64,000 nt of DNA from Tubiluchus corallicola (lineage: Eukaryota; Animalia; Priapulida). This document shows, piece after piece, positions 13,015-24,200 of this stretch; the stretch's first letter is position 1; the number at the start of each line of letters is the position of its first letter. The notes under the pieces were generated by a model. It was not told the DNA's origin. It saw only the letters and a program-made list of their open reading frames with translations, and did no database searches. The stretch is taken from contig JAQGDQ010000065.1 in the NCBI GenBank assembly GCA_030141605.1, forward strand, positions 680,416 through 744,415, in the 5' to 3' direction. The translations under genes and the position numbers were made by a program.

Positions 13015-13784
13015 CAGAACCGGCTCTAGGTTATTTGACACCCTAAGCAGAAGCATTTTAGCGTCCCATCATCAGTGGTCAATTCCTTCCCCCTTGTTCC
13101 CCATCACACCCTCAAAATTGAATTTTTTGTATAATATTATAATAAACAATAATGGTATCCCTGCGTGTTAGAATTATAAGGTATTGTAGTGCACTAATTA
13201 AGTGTAGTTTAATACCTATCTATAGGTTGCATTGACTGAATTTGAAATTGAATTTAGAACTATGACCCCAATGTGCACTGTTCCCTATGACCCAAGATTC
13301 TTCTTGCTGTTCAATGTCGCCACTCAGTAGCGTCATTTACTCTTCGTTTCCAGTATTCCACTTCTGGAGACTTCGATTCTTATACATTTATCTGCCATAA
13401 TACTATTGCAAGAAAATGTTTTATTAAAAGAAAGATTACTGCTATAAGCACTTCCTTAGCTCTGCAGCTCTATGCTTACAATAGAATAATATGACAAAAA
13501 GCAGAAAAAACTTATCAGTACTGTCTGAGCAAACTGATGTAATCTTAGGAAACCAGATAAAGCAAGTGTTTTGCAATGGGTTGGCACTTGCTAGCATCGA
13601 AGTATCACACATTTGTACAGGAACATGATGTAAGTAGTTTGTTTTATATAATAAGTGTTGTGCACTTAAACAGCTACATACTCTATGTTATTACTTATTC
13701 TAAACCTTAAAAATTAAAGAATTATTTTCACTATTTGGCACCCTAGGCAATTGGCTAGTTTGGCTAGTGGTGGAGCTGGCCCAG
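13015..13784. mobile_element. Non-autonomous hAT element (copy 1)
   Basis: Ends CAGAACCGGCTCT.../...GGAGCTGGCCCAG; 8-bp TSD ataaatta/gtaaatta; homologous to 34619-35232. Confidence 0.75.
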
Positions 13785-14651
13785 GTAAATTAGTCCCTTT
13801 ATTCAGCATCCAAAACGTTACATCTTTACTTAATCTCAAACTATGAAGTTTTGCAAAATTAAAGAATAGAAGTAACACTGACCCACTCAGTGTTTTTTCC
13901 TTGCTAGTGTTCTTGTTGTCTGTTTCCCTTTATTTTCATTTTAAAACTTCGTAGGAGGACTTTTTTCACACATGTCTTTTTTCTTATTTGCTCTCAAAAA
14001 CAAGTTATAGCTCCTATTGATTTTCTGATTAAGGAATTCAAAACTCTATTTGGCTTTAATCAAAAATGCAATAACAGTAAAACAGCCCAACAATTGTATG
14101 ATCTAAACACAGGTATTTTAAATTTTATAATATTTAATTGCTAAAAATATTAGTTCGCATGTCATGTCTTGTTACAGCTTTAGAAATACTGATGCACTAA
14201 GGACTTTGCTATATTCAGTTGAAGTATATTGCAAAGGTATGTAGTTTATAGTTTCTGGTTCTCCTACAAGACATAGATACCAAATTCGCAATCCAACTTA
14301 ATGACCCACATTTACCTTTAATACTTTCCCATAATGCTTTTCAAATTTTATTACTTCAGTTGTCACGTTTGAACTAGAGTTGCTTTCATAATTTTTCCAA
14401 CCACCGCTTATTTAACAATCATCAAAATATAAGAGCAACGTATAAGTGACCTAATGGTCATACGTTGCCCTCACATTATGGCACTTTTTTGTATTTTGTT
14501 GGACATTATTGTATTCTCTTTTTCCATGTGTGCGAAAATAAACAATTCAATTTAACAGGCGGTACAGATTACATACATCCACACACCTAGTGCATCAGTT
14601 TAGAATAAGATGTTGTGAAATTTAATTTGCACGAATTTTAACCCAACTTAC

Positions 14652-14761
14652 CCTTCTCCTTCCAACTCAACTTCGCTTGAATGTTGTACAAATCGTCGGA
14701 TAACACTGCCGAGACATGCTTCATTCCAACGTAATCGTAATACGCTTCTTACCGCAATCAT
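14652..14761 (-). CDS. ABHD11: ABHD11-like hydrolase, coding exon 1 (putative mitochondrial targeting peptide)
   Basis: ATG at 14761; MIAVRSVLRLRWNEACLGSVIRRFVQHSSEVELEGE+GG|gtaagt; phase 2 fits the 1-nt overhang of exon 2 (GG+T=Gly); Arg-rich N-terminus. Confidence 0.75.
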
Positions 14762-14893
14762 TTGGTTTTTACAGCTTTTAATCTTAGAAAACAGTTAAAG
14801 TTGTACCCAGGCAGTACATGAGAAGCAAAAATACTGTTTTTAGACAAAAATAAATGCAAATTTGAACAGCAACTTCACATGTTTACGTGATAA

Positions 14894-16227
14894 CTGTGTA
14901 GAGCGCCGTGTAATCCACTAGCCGAAGTAGGACACTTCCGGTAAAACGCATGTGCTAAATTTGCGGAAAAGCAGTGTCGTGCATGGGCAGCCCAAATAGG
15001 ACCCTGGCGATTTTTTTCGTTAATCGAGAATTATAATGACATAATAAAACACAAAACTAAATTTGTTTTGTAGAAAAAGTAACTTTATAATAATTGTTAT
15101 GGGCAAATTACGTAATTACCCACATAATTAGTTTTTTTTATTTTTCTCGCATGAGGGAGCAATAAACTAAAGGGGACAAGTGGGCAATTGCGGGCAGACT
15201 CAACTGGTTATTGGTGGATACTGCAATTTTTATATGAGAAATTTATTGTCATGCTTCATAAACCATAAGCTGTGTGCTCTCTCTAGCCGAATGAAGTAAA
15301 TGATTTTTGTAAATCTAACTTTATTAATTAGATAGCAATTTCCTGTGTAATTTTTAGTTCAAATTTCCGTAGTTTTTGTTCAAATTATATTACTGCAAAT
15401 TGTATGCATTTTTTTGTTTTTTCTCCTTCTTTAGAAAATAAAGACTGCAGAAACACCTTATGCAAAGAATTTTCGTGTTTGCTGTGTTAACAATAATGAT
15501 GGATTATTTATAATAATGATGGATGGCAATTTACAAAATTAATGTCTTTTTTACAATAGTATCATCAGTATAAATAGCTCCATTAAAATTATCATAACAT
15601 TAAGCTAAAGAGAGAAATTACGCACACAGTTATTACAGAAATAACTGAAAGTTTAAAAATGAGACAGATGCTGCTAAGCCTTCACAACACGAAAGAGTAA
15701 TTTTTAACTTTTTAGGAAAGGCAAAGACAATTAGTTTTAATAATATCACTAGTATTGTAACATGTAGGGCACTGTTGCACGTTGCTCGTTAGCCCATGTA
15801 GGGCACATAGGTCGCTAGAATGTTTTCTTAGGAGAAAGGGTCCACTTTCTTTGTCCAAGAGGTAGTGAAACGGATCACCTGTCTGTGAAGCGAAACAAAA
15901 TAGAAAATGATACACCTTAAACAAATGTTGAAATCGCCTAAAAAGTGCGTTTATTTCACTTCAACAACATTAATATCGAAGCCAAATTTGATATTGTTCG
16001 TTTTACCAGCTCAGAATAAATTTTTTTATTTTATCAGATGTATAATAAATTATTCAACGTGTATTGGCGTTTTTAATTATTATTATTATCACTACATAGG
16101 AACAATGGACGGTGCCAGTACGCTTAACAACTCAATTCGCGAACCTGTCTCTAGCGTCCTACTTGTGCTAGCCCATGTACGCCAATTGTCCTACTTCAGC
16201 TAGTGGATTACTCTGCGCCCAACACTG
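14894..16227. mobile_element. Tc1/mariner-like non-autonomous element with ~41-bp imperfect TIRs abutting the ABHD11 5' end
   Basis: Left ctgtgtagagcgccgtgtaatccactagccgaagtaggaca vs reverse complement of right cagtgttgggcgcagagtaatccactagctgaagtaggaca; right end followed by TA; extra subterminal inverted homology (14976-15010 vs ~16145-16183). Confidence 0.65.
14930..14956 (-). promoter_or_regulatory. Candidate ABHD11 promoter motifs: ETS/GABP site and NRF1-like site
   Basis: ACTTCCGG at 14934-14941 and CGCATGTGC at 14947-14955, 170-195 bp upstream of the inferred ATG. Confidence 0.45.
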
Positions 16228-16277
16228 TACTTATTGGCACTCACAGTGGCAACAAACGGCTGACTGAGTCATAGATA

Positions 16278-18830
16278 TTGTGGGCTGAACTGGGCTGCAG
16301 CGATTCCCGGCGAGGAGTGCTATATGCGGCCCAGGTCGGAAAGGTTTTATTTGTGGATCATATCTGTGTATCCAATCTTCAGAAAGCAACAAATAATTGA
16401 AAGAAGTGAATAGTTAGTGTGTTGCGTCATTTACTAAGCTATCCACTTTCTGTTAAGGTCAATTTCTAATAAATCATTTCAGTTAGTTTTAATGTATTCC
16501 CCATGTACTAATGTATTAACTATAATTATATTGTCATAGTACATCTTCATCAAAATATTCTTTGCAGCTATGAAAAGGGAAGGTAAGCACGCAATACAAT
16601 AGGCCGAATTATATTTGTAGTGGCATTACATAACTTCCAGCAGCTACAACGCTTTTTTTTAAATTTTATAATTTTGTCTGCTCTTTCTCCTGCACAGCCT
16701 AACTCTTTCCTTTGTGCATAATTTATCCTGATTAATTAATAACTATAGCAATAATGGCCTATTTGTATTCTTGTGTAAATGAGGAGATACATAAAATGTC
16801 TATGTCTATGTCTGTCTCACCAAAAGTGAACTAGAAAAAAAGTCGTTGGGGAGCTGAAGCAAATTCTTCGCAGTATAAACTTTGTCGGTTTCAGGCAACA
16901 AGGCAAATTCAGTAAAACGAATTTGGAAGTAACAGGTTGTAGAGCCTTGCATATCATATTAAGTGCTCCAGGTGTAGCGGCTGAGTAGCGTAACTTTCAA
17001 TAGCAGCTGGCTAATCCATGCAAGCGAAACGTGGTAGCGAAAAGTCGACCAAATCCTCAAGTGTGACGTCATTGAACAGGAGTGCCAAACTAAGAAACCA
17101 AAAACTTATAATTAAAGAACGTAAACAAGAACAAGAACTCAAGCTCTAAGCCAAGATAAACACTGTAAAAATGAGTGCAGTTCTGAAGATGAAGGTGACG
17201 AAGACAGCTTTGATTCTGCAGCTGATGTTAAGACCAGGTCAGTGGATCATGGAACATCGGTCTCGAAGGTCAAAGCATGGCTGAGGTCAAGGTCAGTATA
17301 CACGGGCCCAGTAGTTAAACATTATGCAACCGGCATACGAAAATGATGAGAGTTACTTGTCTGAAGATTTTGTTACTCCAGGAACTACTGATAAGTATGG
17401 GAGCACTTGTTCTGGCCTCTAGTTTGCGTTGCACGGGAACAATGAAACGCTTAGTCATCATGGCAACAGAGGGTATTTTTTGCAACTATGACACTGTCTA
17501 TAGTACACATGTACAACGTAGTACAATCCGACTCATCCCATCTTTTGTGGTGATAATTTGAATGAGATTGTTGTGAATAAATTTATGAATCGGTATTTTG
17601 GTAGTAAATTAATGGAGTTATCAGCTGAATTAGATTCAGTTGATAAATCTCACGCCTCCCTGATTTCATAAGATAAATTTATACGGTTGACAGAGAAACT
17701 CATCCAGCTGACAGTACGAATTTAATGCGACACGAATTGTCATGCGTGTTATAGAGATGCAGGTGTCTTGTATAGGAAATTGTAGAAGGAAGACACTATT
17801 GTCTTGAATAGCTACATGCAGAGTTAGAACTAATTAAGAGAAGTTCGGTAGCGATTTAGATGTCGCGTAGAAGTAACTTTATGATTAGCAGCCAAGGTCT
17901 CTATCAGTTGAATAAATTCTATTCACTGTGGTAACGTAGATAACGAGTTCTTGTATGATTAAGAGCGTTCAAAGTAAAGCAACACTAAATCCTAGATACG
18001 AACTTGAGAGATTCGCATTGTACTAAAGAAAGCTCAATTGCGGGAGCTACGCTCGATAACTTGAGGGAAGAAGACCTCCACTCACAACGCAAGGTCGAAG
18101 TGAAAGTCTTGAGGAGACAGAATCACTTCAAAGCGAACAGGAAGCGAATCTAGATAATCTATATAAAATCTACACAATCTATAAAATCAATTCATGATCA
18201 CTCGATACGGCTAGATAAACTATAACGATCAATCTAGCGAGAAAAAGGGTCGTGATAAGATGCCCGTGCAAAGTCACAAAAAAAAAGCGACAAGACTGTG
18301 ATCATGAAAATAACGCTTGAAGAACAACGTAAACATAACAACATGTACAAAGCAATGCAACGTCCAATAGCAGAGGTGGACAAGTTTAATGGAAATGTTT
18401 TGAATTTTTGACAATTGATACGGCACTTGCTTTGGCAGTTATGAAGCCAGCGTCACGAGCTACACGCAAGATGAGGCTGCAAGGCTTCAAGAGATTAATG
18501 CAATTCTGTACTGGAAAACCAAAAAAAGTTGAAAAAGTTGCAGCTACGTGGAGCCCATGCGAGCTTACAAGCATCCTTTACAGTTACTCAGGCTTGGATG
18601 TCAAAAATAGCAAATTTTGACCAAATCAAGGGCAAGGACCACGAGAACTATCGGAACTTTGCTGACTTGCTTTATAACTGCGTGGAGATGTTGATCACAA
18701 TGAATAATCTCTACGAAATTAATACGCAGACAAGTCTCGTTCAGATTGTTAAAAAACTGCCATACAAATTCCATACAAATGGAAGAACGTGGTGTCCGGA
18801 TAAGCCTCCCTGTGTACGGAAACTTAGATA
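16278..18830 (+). mobile_element. Degraded BEL/Pao element (possible LTR ~16278-16934 plus gag relic), interrupted by a solo LTR
   Basis: gag-like translations RPIAEVDKFNGN, RLMQFCTGKPKKV and AWMSKIANFDQIKGKDHENYRNFADLL...INTQTSLVQIVKKLP (18350-18790); LTR limits tentative. Confidence 0.6.
17569..18257 (+). mobile_element. Solo LTR (Gypsy family of 21381-22770), internally deleted
   Basis: tgttgtgaataaatt...gggtcgtgata; perfect 4-bp TSD AGAT on both sides; near-identical to both ends of the LTR at 21381-22770. Confidence 0.9.
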
Positions 18831-19869
18831 ATGGGGTTAAACCAGAATGAAGCGCCTAGCCAAAAATTTTGCTTACATTGGGGCAAAAACCAATGCATTT
18901 TCAGATTTTCCTAGATTTTAGGCATTTGAGGTCTTCAATGGCCGAAAAAAGGTCAGTTTAGCAACTTCAGTAAGCAGTTTTTCGCCACCAATGACACTAA
19001 ATTCGATATTCAAAGCAATAATTGCTTTTTAATCACTGGCTTTTTAATCACTGCTTTCATCAACCTAGTTTTTATACGTTACGTGGTATAAGTCTTGGCC
19101 GGCGCGTGGTAAAAATGGCACAGGAAAAAATGGAAAAGCAGGTAAAAACGGCACAGGAAAATGGCAAATAGGTTATTTTTTGATGCAGTGGATTTCTATA
19201 AAAAAAAACTAGAATGCGCTCAGTAGGATACAGATCTCGGCCATAGCCGAACAATCCTAATCTTATTCGTCTGATTCAAATAATTTAACACAAAGGTAAA
19301 CAAGCAAACGTACAAAAATGTACATGTATTGGTATTATACAGATTAGCAAAAGACTCACAAAATATTTGATTCATTAAATGGATTTAGAATCAATAATGC
19401 ACGAACGTTCCACATACTGTTTATTAACCTTTTTCATCATTAATTTTGGCGGTGGTAATGACAGACAAATACGTGCGCACCAAGTCACCTTAGAAGGCTA
19501 TACACGTTTAAAAGCAAAAGTTATAGACACCGTTACTCTGTTTTACAAGCGAGATTTTCTCGCAGTGGAACCAGGAACGAATTCGTAGTTGTGTGTCCTG
19601 GTGAAGAAAATAAAAAGACGTACTGAATACTCCCTCTGAGACCGCCATGAAGTGCTTCACAAACGTTTTTTGCACATGGTGTTTGGTCAAGATTTGCGAA
19701 AAAAGAGCCGGCGAAAAGATTCTCATTTTGGCACTCTATACCCACCTTTATTCGCAAAGTTTCTTGGAAATCTGATAGATAGTTTTTGCGTAATAGGCTT
19801 ACTGCCATAACATGTAACATAAAAATTATTAGTCCAAAGCCTGTAAGACTATAATTGGTAATTATAATA

Positions 19870-20270
19870 CTTTTTCTTCTTTTTCAAAATCTCATTCCAC
19901 CTATTGTAGGCTTTGAGGTATCACTATGTTCCAGAGTATTCCACCCACTTCTATCTGCAGCTAACTGTGTAAGTTCTTCTACTCCTAAAGATAGTTTTGG
20001 TTGAAGTAGTTGAACATCTTTATTTATCTTTGCTATCAGTTGTTTTAGTTTTGCCAAGTGGTTTTTTTGCAAGGTTTTAAAGCTTCCTTTAAGGTGATTC
20101 TTACTGGTGCTTCATTTGGTAATCTTAGAAGATGTCCTAGCCATCTTAATCGTCGGATCTTAATTTTTGAAGTCCAGTAAATTTCTTTTGTTCTGGTGTA
20201 TAAATCTTCATTTGCATATTTAAAACTTTCCTTGAAGACTTCTATGAAATTTGTCAATCTGCTTTTCTGC
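19870..20270 (-). mobile_element. 3' fragment of an RTE-like LINE
   Basis: KIKIRRLRWLGHLLRLPNEAPVRITL and ELTQLAADRSGW C-terminal motifs. Confidence 0.75.
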
Positions 20271-20279
20271 TTCTTAACC

Positions 20280-21350
20280 GACCGGATGGGTTAATACTAT
20301 GTGCGCTGTTCCAAAAGCGAAATGAAAACCTCGTGTATGTTTAGATCCCAGCAATTTAAATAAAGCTGTGAAACGCAAACATGTTCCCATGCGAACAGTG
20401 GAGGAAGTCGTGACAAAGCTGAAAGGTGCAACGTTATTCATTGTGCTTTTGGTACAGGTAGTGGATATTGGACTGTGAGACTATATCTTGAAAGCAGTAT
20501 GCTGTGTACGTTGAACACACCTTATTGGAGGCATCGTTTCCTAAGTTTACCAATGGGTTTGAAGTCTGCATCGGAAGTGTACGAAAAAAATATGACACAG
20601 ATATTTGATGACCTGGACGGAGTAGATGTAGTTGTTCATGACATTTTGACATGAGGCAGAACGCCTGAAGAGCATAATGAAATATTAAGAAGAGTGTTAG
20701 GACGAGTGCGAGAAAGAGATGGCTTAACAAAGAAAAGTCACAATACACACAGTCAGTGGTTACATATTTGTGTCATGTGCTTAAGCACAGCAGGTGTAAA
20801 AATGACCCAAGAAAAACAGAAGCTGTTTCCAAAATGTCACAACCTAAAGAAAGGTTGGAGTGCAAAGATTCTTAGATTTAGTAACATATGTAGCTAAATT
20901 TGTGCCAAACATGTCTCACTTTACCGCACCACTTAGATTGCCCTTAGACAAGAATGTATATTGGCATTGGGGACCGAGTTCATTTTCGGACTGTTTTTAT
21001 CGAGTCTGACCATAAACTTTTTGAATACAGTATATATATTCAAGAAACCATTACATCAAGCACCACAAAGGTTGCGACACATATTACTGAGTGTGCAAAA
21101 ATGCCCACTTGAAGTGAAGCACAAAACAGGCAAATCACTCATGGTAGCTAATATATTATCACGAACTCATGTTCAAACCTCTACTGAATGTGGAGTCAAG
21201 GACACTGGTATTTTTGGGTTTAAATGATTCCTGTTTCTGAGGAAAAATATAAACAACTGCAAGAAGAAACAAAAGTGGATTCGCAGTTACAGATGGTAAC
21301 GCAGCACGGCATGAACGGATGGCCTGAAAACAAAAACCAGTGCATCCTTT
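20280..21350 (+). mobile_element. Degenerate Gypsy pol fragment (RT/RNase H); probable 3' remainder at ~24230-24655
   Basis: LDPSNLNKAVKRKHVPMRTVEEVVTKLKGA, LPMGLKSASEVYEKNMTQIFDDLDGVDVVVHDIL, IFKKPLHQAPQRLRHILL...GKSLMVANILSR; at ~24320 YVTTRAGRPVKPSKRL and purine tract agaagaagagagaa (~24642-24655). Confidence 0.8.
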
Positions 21351-21380
21351 TTGGTAGAGGCGTGATACTATGTCTTATTA

Positions 21381-24200
21381 TGTTGTGAATAAATTTATGA
21401 ATCGGTATTTTGGAAGATAATTAATGGAGTTATCAGCTGAATTAGATTCAGCCGATAATCTCACGCCTCCCTGATTTCATAACATAAATTTATACGGTTG
21501 ACAGAGAAACTCACCCAGCTGGCAGTACGAATTTAATGCGACACGAATTGTCACACGTGTTATAGAAATGCAGGTGTCTTGTATAGGAAATTGTAGAAAT
21601 ACAGGTGTCTTGTCTAAGGAAGACACTATTGTCTCAAATGGATACATGCAGAGTTAGAACTAATTAAGAGAGGTTCTAGAGTGATTTAGATGTCGCGTAG
21701 AAGTGACTTTATGATATCAGCCAAGGTCTCTGTCAGTGCTCAGCGACATTAGAGAGAGAAATCTGAAGATTTGCCGACGACGGTAGGAAGATCTCAAAAG
21801 GCGATAGAATTCAAGAGAACACCTTACTGATTGTAAAATCAGAAGTCTCTTGACGGGAGGTAGCATCTGCTGCAGGTGTTGCTGGATGTTGCCACATGGT
21901 GCAATCTTTGCGAAGGTCAACTCTCAGAAATATAAACCCTGGTAATAGACTAGAGACACACACACGCACAGCGAAGGGGAGAGTCTGACAGTGGTTGCCA
22001 CCATCGTGGTGTGTCTGAGACAATCTTCTAGACGAGAGGAGCATCGTTTTAGCCCAGCGTGGAGGATTATACGTTCTCAGCCAAAGACTGAGCACTGGTG
22101 CGACAAAGTCTCGATAAGCTATCAGGATTTGACCAAGTGTAAGGGTACATTGCTCAATCCACAAGTTAAGTGAATTCAACTTATTTGTATCTGAGTATAA
22201 ATCTGTATAACTGTGGCTTTCACATTGTATTAAGCACCATAAGTGCAGCATCTTGAATCGTTATCAATTAAAGTGAATAGCATCTTCTCTGGAGCTATAC
22301 TCTAGTTGTAAGCGCCCACCGGCGTATAAGGACAAATCTTGTAAAGTAAGCCAGAGTAGATAACGTGTATCTTGTAATCGAATAAATTCCATTCACTGTG
22401 GTAACGCAGATAACGAGTTCTTGTATGATTAAGAGCATTCAAAGTAAAGCAACACTAAATCCTAGATACGAACTTGAGAGATTCGCATTGTACTAAAGAA
22501 AGCTCAATTGCGGGAGCTACGCTCGATAACTTGAGGGAAGAAGACCTCCACTCACAATGCAAGGTCGAAGTGATAGTCTTGAAGGACAGCATCATTGCCT
22601 GATAGACTGAACTAAAGCCCTCGGAGTCAGGTGACTGAAAAGCGATCAATCACCTCATAGCGAACGGGAAGCGAATCTACACAATCTATAAATCTATACG
22701 ATTAATTCATGATCACTCGATACAGCTAGATAAACTATACGATCAATCTATCGAGAAAAGGGTCGTGATAACTGGTGCCGTGACCAGGATTTAGTGCTCT
22801 GCTATTCTTGTAGCTTTGTAATTTAGTGCTCTGCTATTTTTGTAAAATTTGTGAACTGTTTTGTAAGTACGAAATGGATTGCTATCGCATAGTGATTCTG
22901 CAGTGATATTCAGATACGTGAAAGTGAAAGCAACGGCGCAATTGGAGCAAAGCCTTGAGGCAATCCAGGAATCGAGTGAAACTCAGCAAGGCGGATCTGA
23001 GGGCAGTGCCAGAAGACGTTATAACCCCCGACCAAATTGGTAAGTGGTTTTTTCATTGTGAGAAGGTGTTAACAGCCTGTGATTTTGTTATTAGAAGTGT
23101 TTTGAAAAGCACAAGTTGCATAATAGTTGAATATTATGTCAGACCCTCAAGAGATAAGTGAAGCTCAAATAGAGAGCTGGATTAGGTCCAGAAACATCCC
23201 GATTGGATGGTTAGATCGGCAGAGTCCGGAAATACAGGCCTTACACGCAGTAGTTTTATGAAGAATAAGGGGCAATGACCAAGGTGTTGAGAGCGGTAAC
23301 CTCCCCACAGATACGACTAACCCAGAAGTTAAGACTTCTGCTCAAACAAGTGGGGCTGTACCCACTATGGTAGAGAAAGCCAGTTGGCTCTCGACTCAAA
23401 TAGGTGCTATGACCGACCAATGGGCTCTGTGCAGTGCATTGGCGGATCTACCTAAATTTACGGGTCAGGAATCAGACTGTAGCGAAAAATTTCGCATTTG
23501 GGTACAAAGCATTACTAGGAGAGGATTTTGCATTTCACCAGATTCTCAGAATGCTGGAGGAGTATGTTTGTGACGTACCTAGAACAGCGGTATGTGAACC
23601 GTGCTGAGCTCACAAAACACATGATCGAGTTAAAAAACCTCAGACAAAAGAAGAACGAATCTCTGCGACAATTGGTAGATCGCATTTGGTATCATGCGAG
23701 ACTAGCTTATAGACCTTCGGAAATAGATCAGTCGTTAGCGCAGCAGTTCTTGACCGATGTTTTGATAGAATCGTTGAGGAACGATCAATTAAGGGCAAAA
23801 TTAATCAAACATTATCCATTAACTCTAGAAGTAGCATATGGTAGATGTCGTGAAGATGAAAATAATCACGAGATTACGAAATTAAAAAGTAGACATGTCG
23901 CACACCACGTAAGAGTACATACGCCTATGGAGATAGACTATGTAGGTACCGAATCAACCAGTGCAAGTGAAGGCCCTGTATGTTAATTAGTGCTACCTGG
24001 AGGCGCTAAGAGACCAGAGAAAGGTCACCCTGAGCGAAGGAAGAAAGTTCCTGAGAAATGGCAGGGTCACCAGCATCAAGTAGGAAGAAATCCTCAGAGA
24101 GGAGGACAGGCACCTAGGTAAAGGCCACTTGATCAGCACACGAAAGTCAAGACAAATGTTACACACGGAGGAGAGCCTGATTGGCAACAACATCCAAAAT
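21381..24200 (+). mobile_element. 3'-truncated Gypsy element: 1390-bp LTR (21381-22770), tRNA-His PBS, gag relic
   Basis: PBS TGGTGCCGTGACCAGGAT at 22773-22790; gag LPKFTGQE, LRQKKNESLRQLVDRIWYHARLAY...PLTLEVAY...PMEIDYV (23367-23986). Confidence 0.85.

Noticed and set aside
17569-22770. Single LTR retrotransposon bounded by the two similar LTRs
   Set aside because: The first LTR has its own 4-bp TSD and no PBS; the second is followed by PBS and gag, so it is a 5' LTR
22773-22790. tRNA-His gene fragment
   Set aside because: An 18-nt primer-binding site next to an LTR, not a tRNA gene
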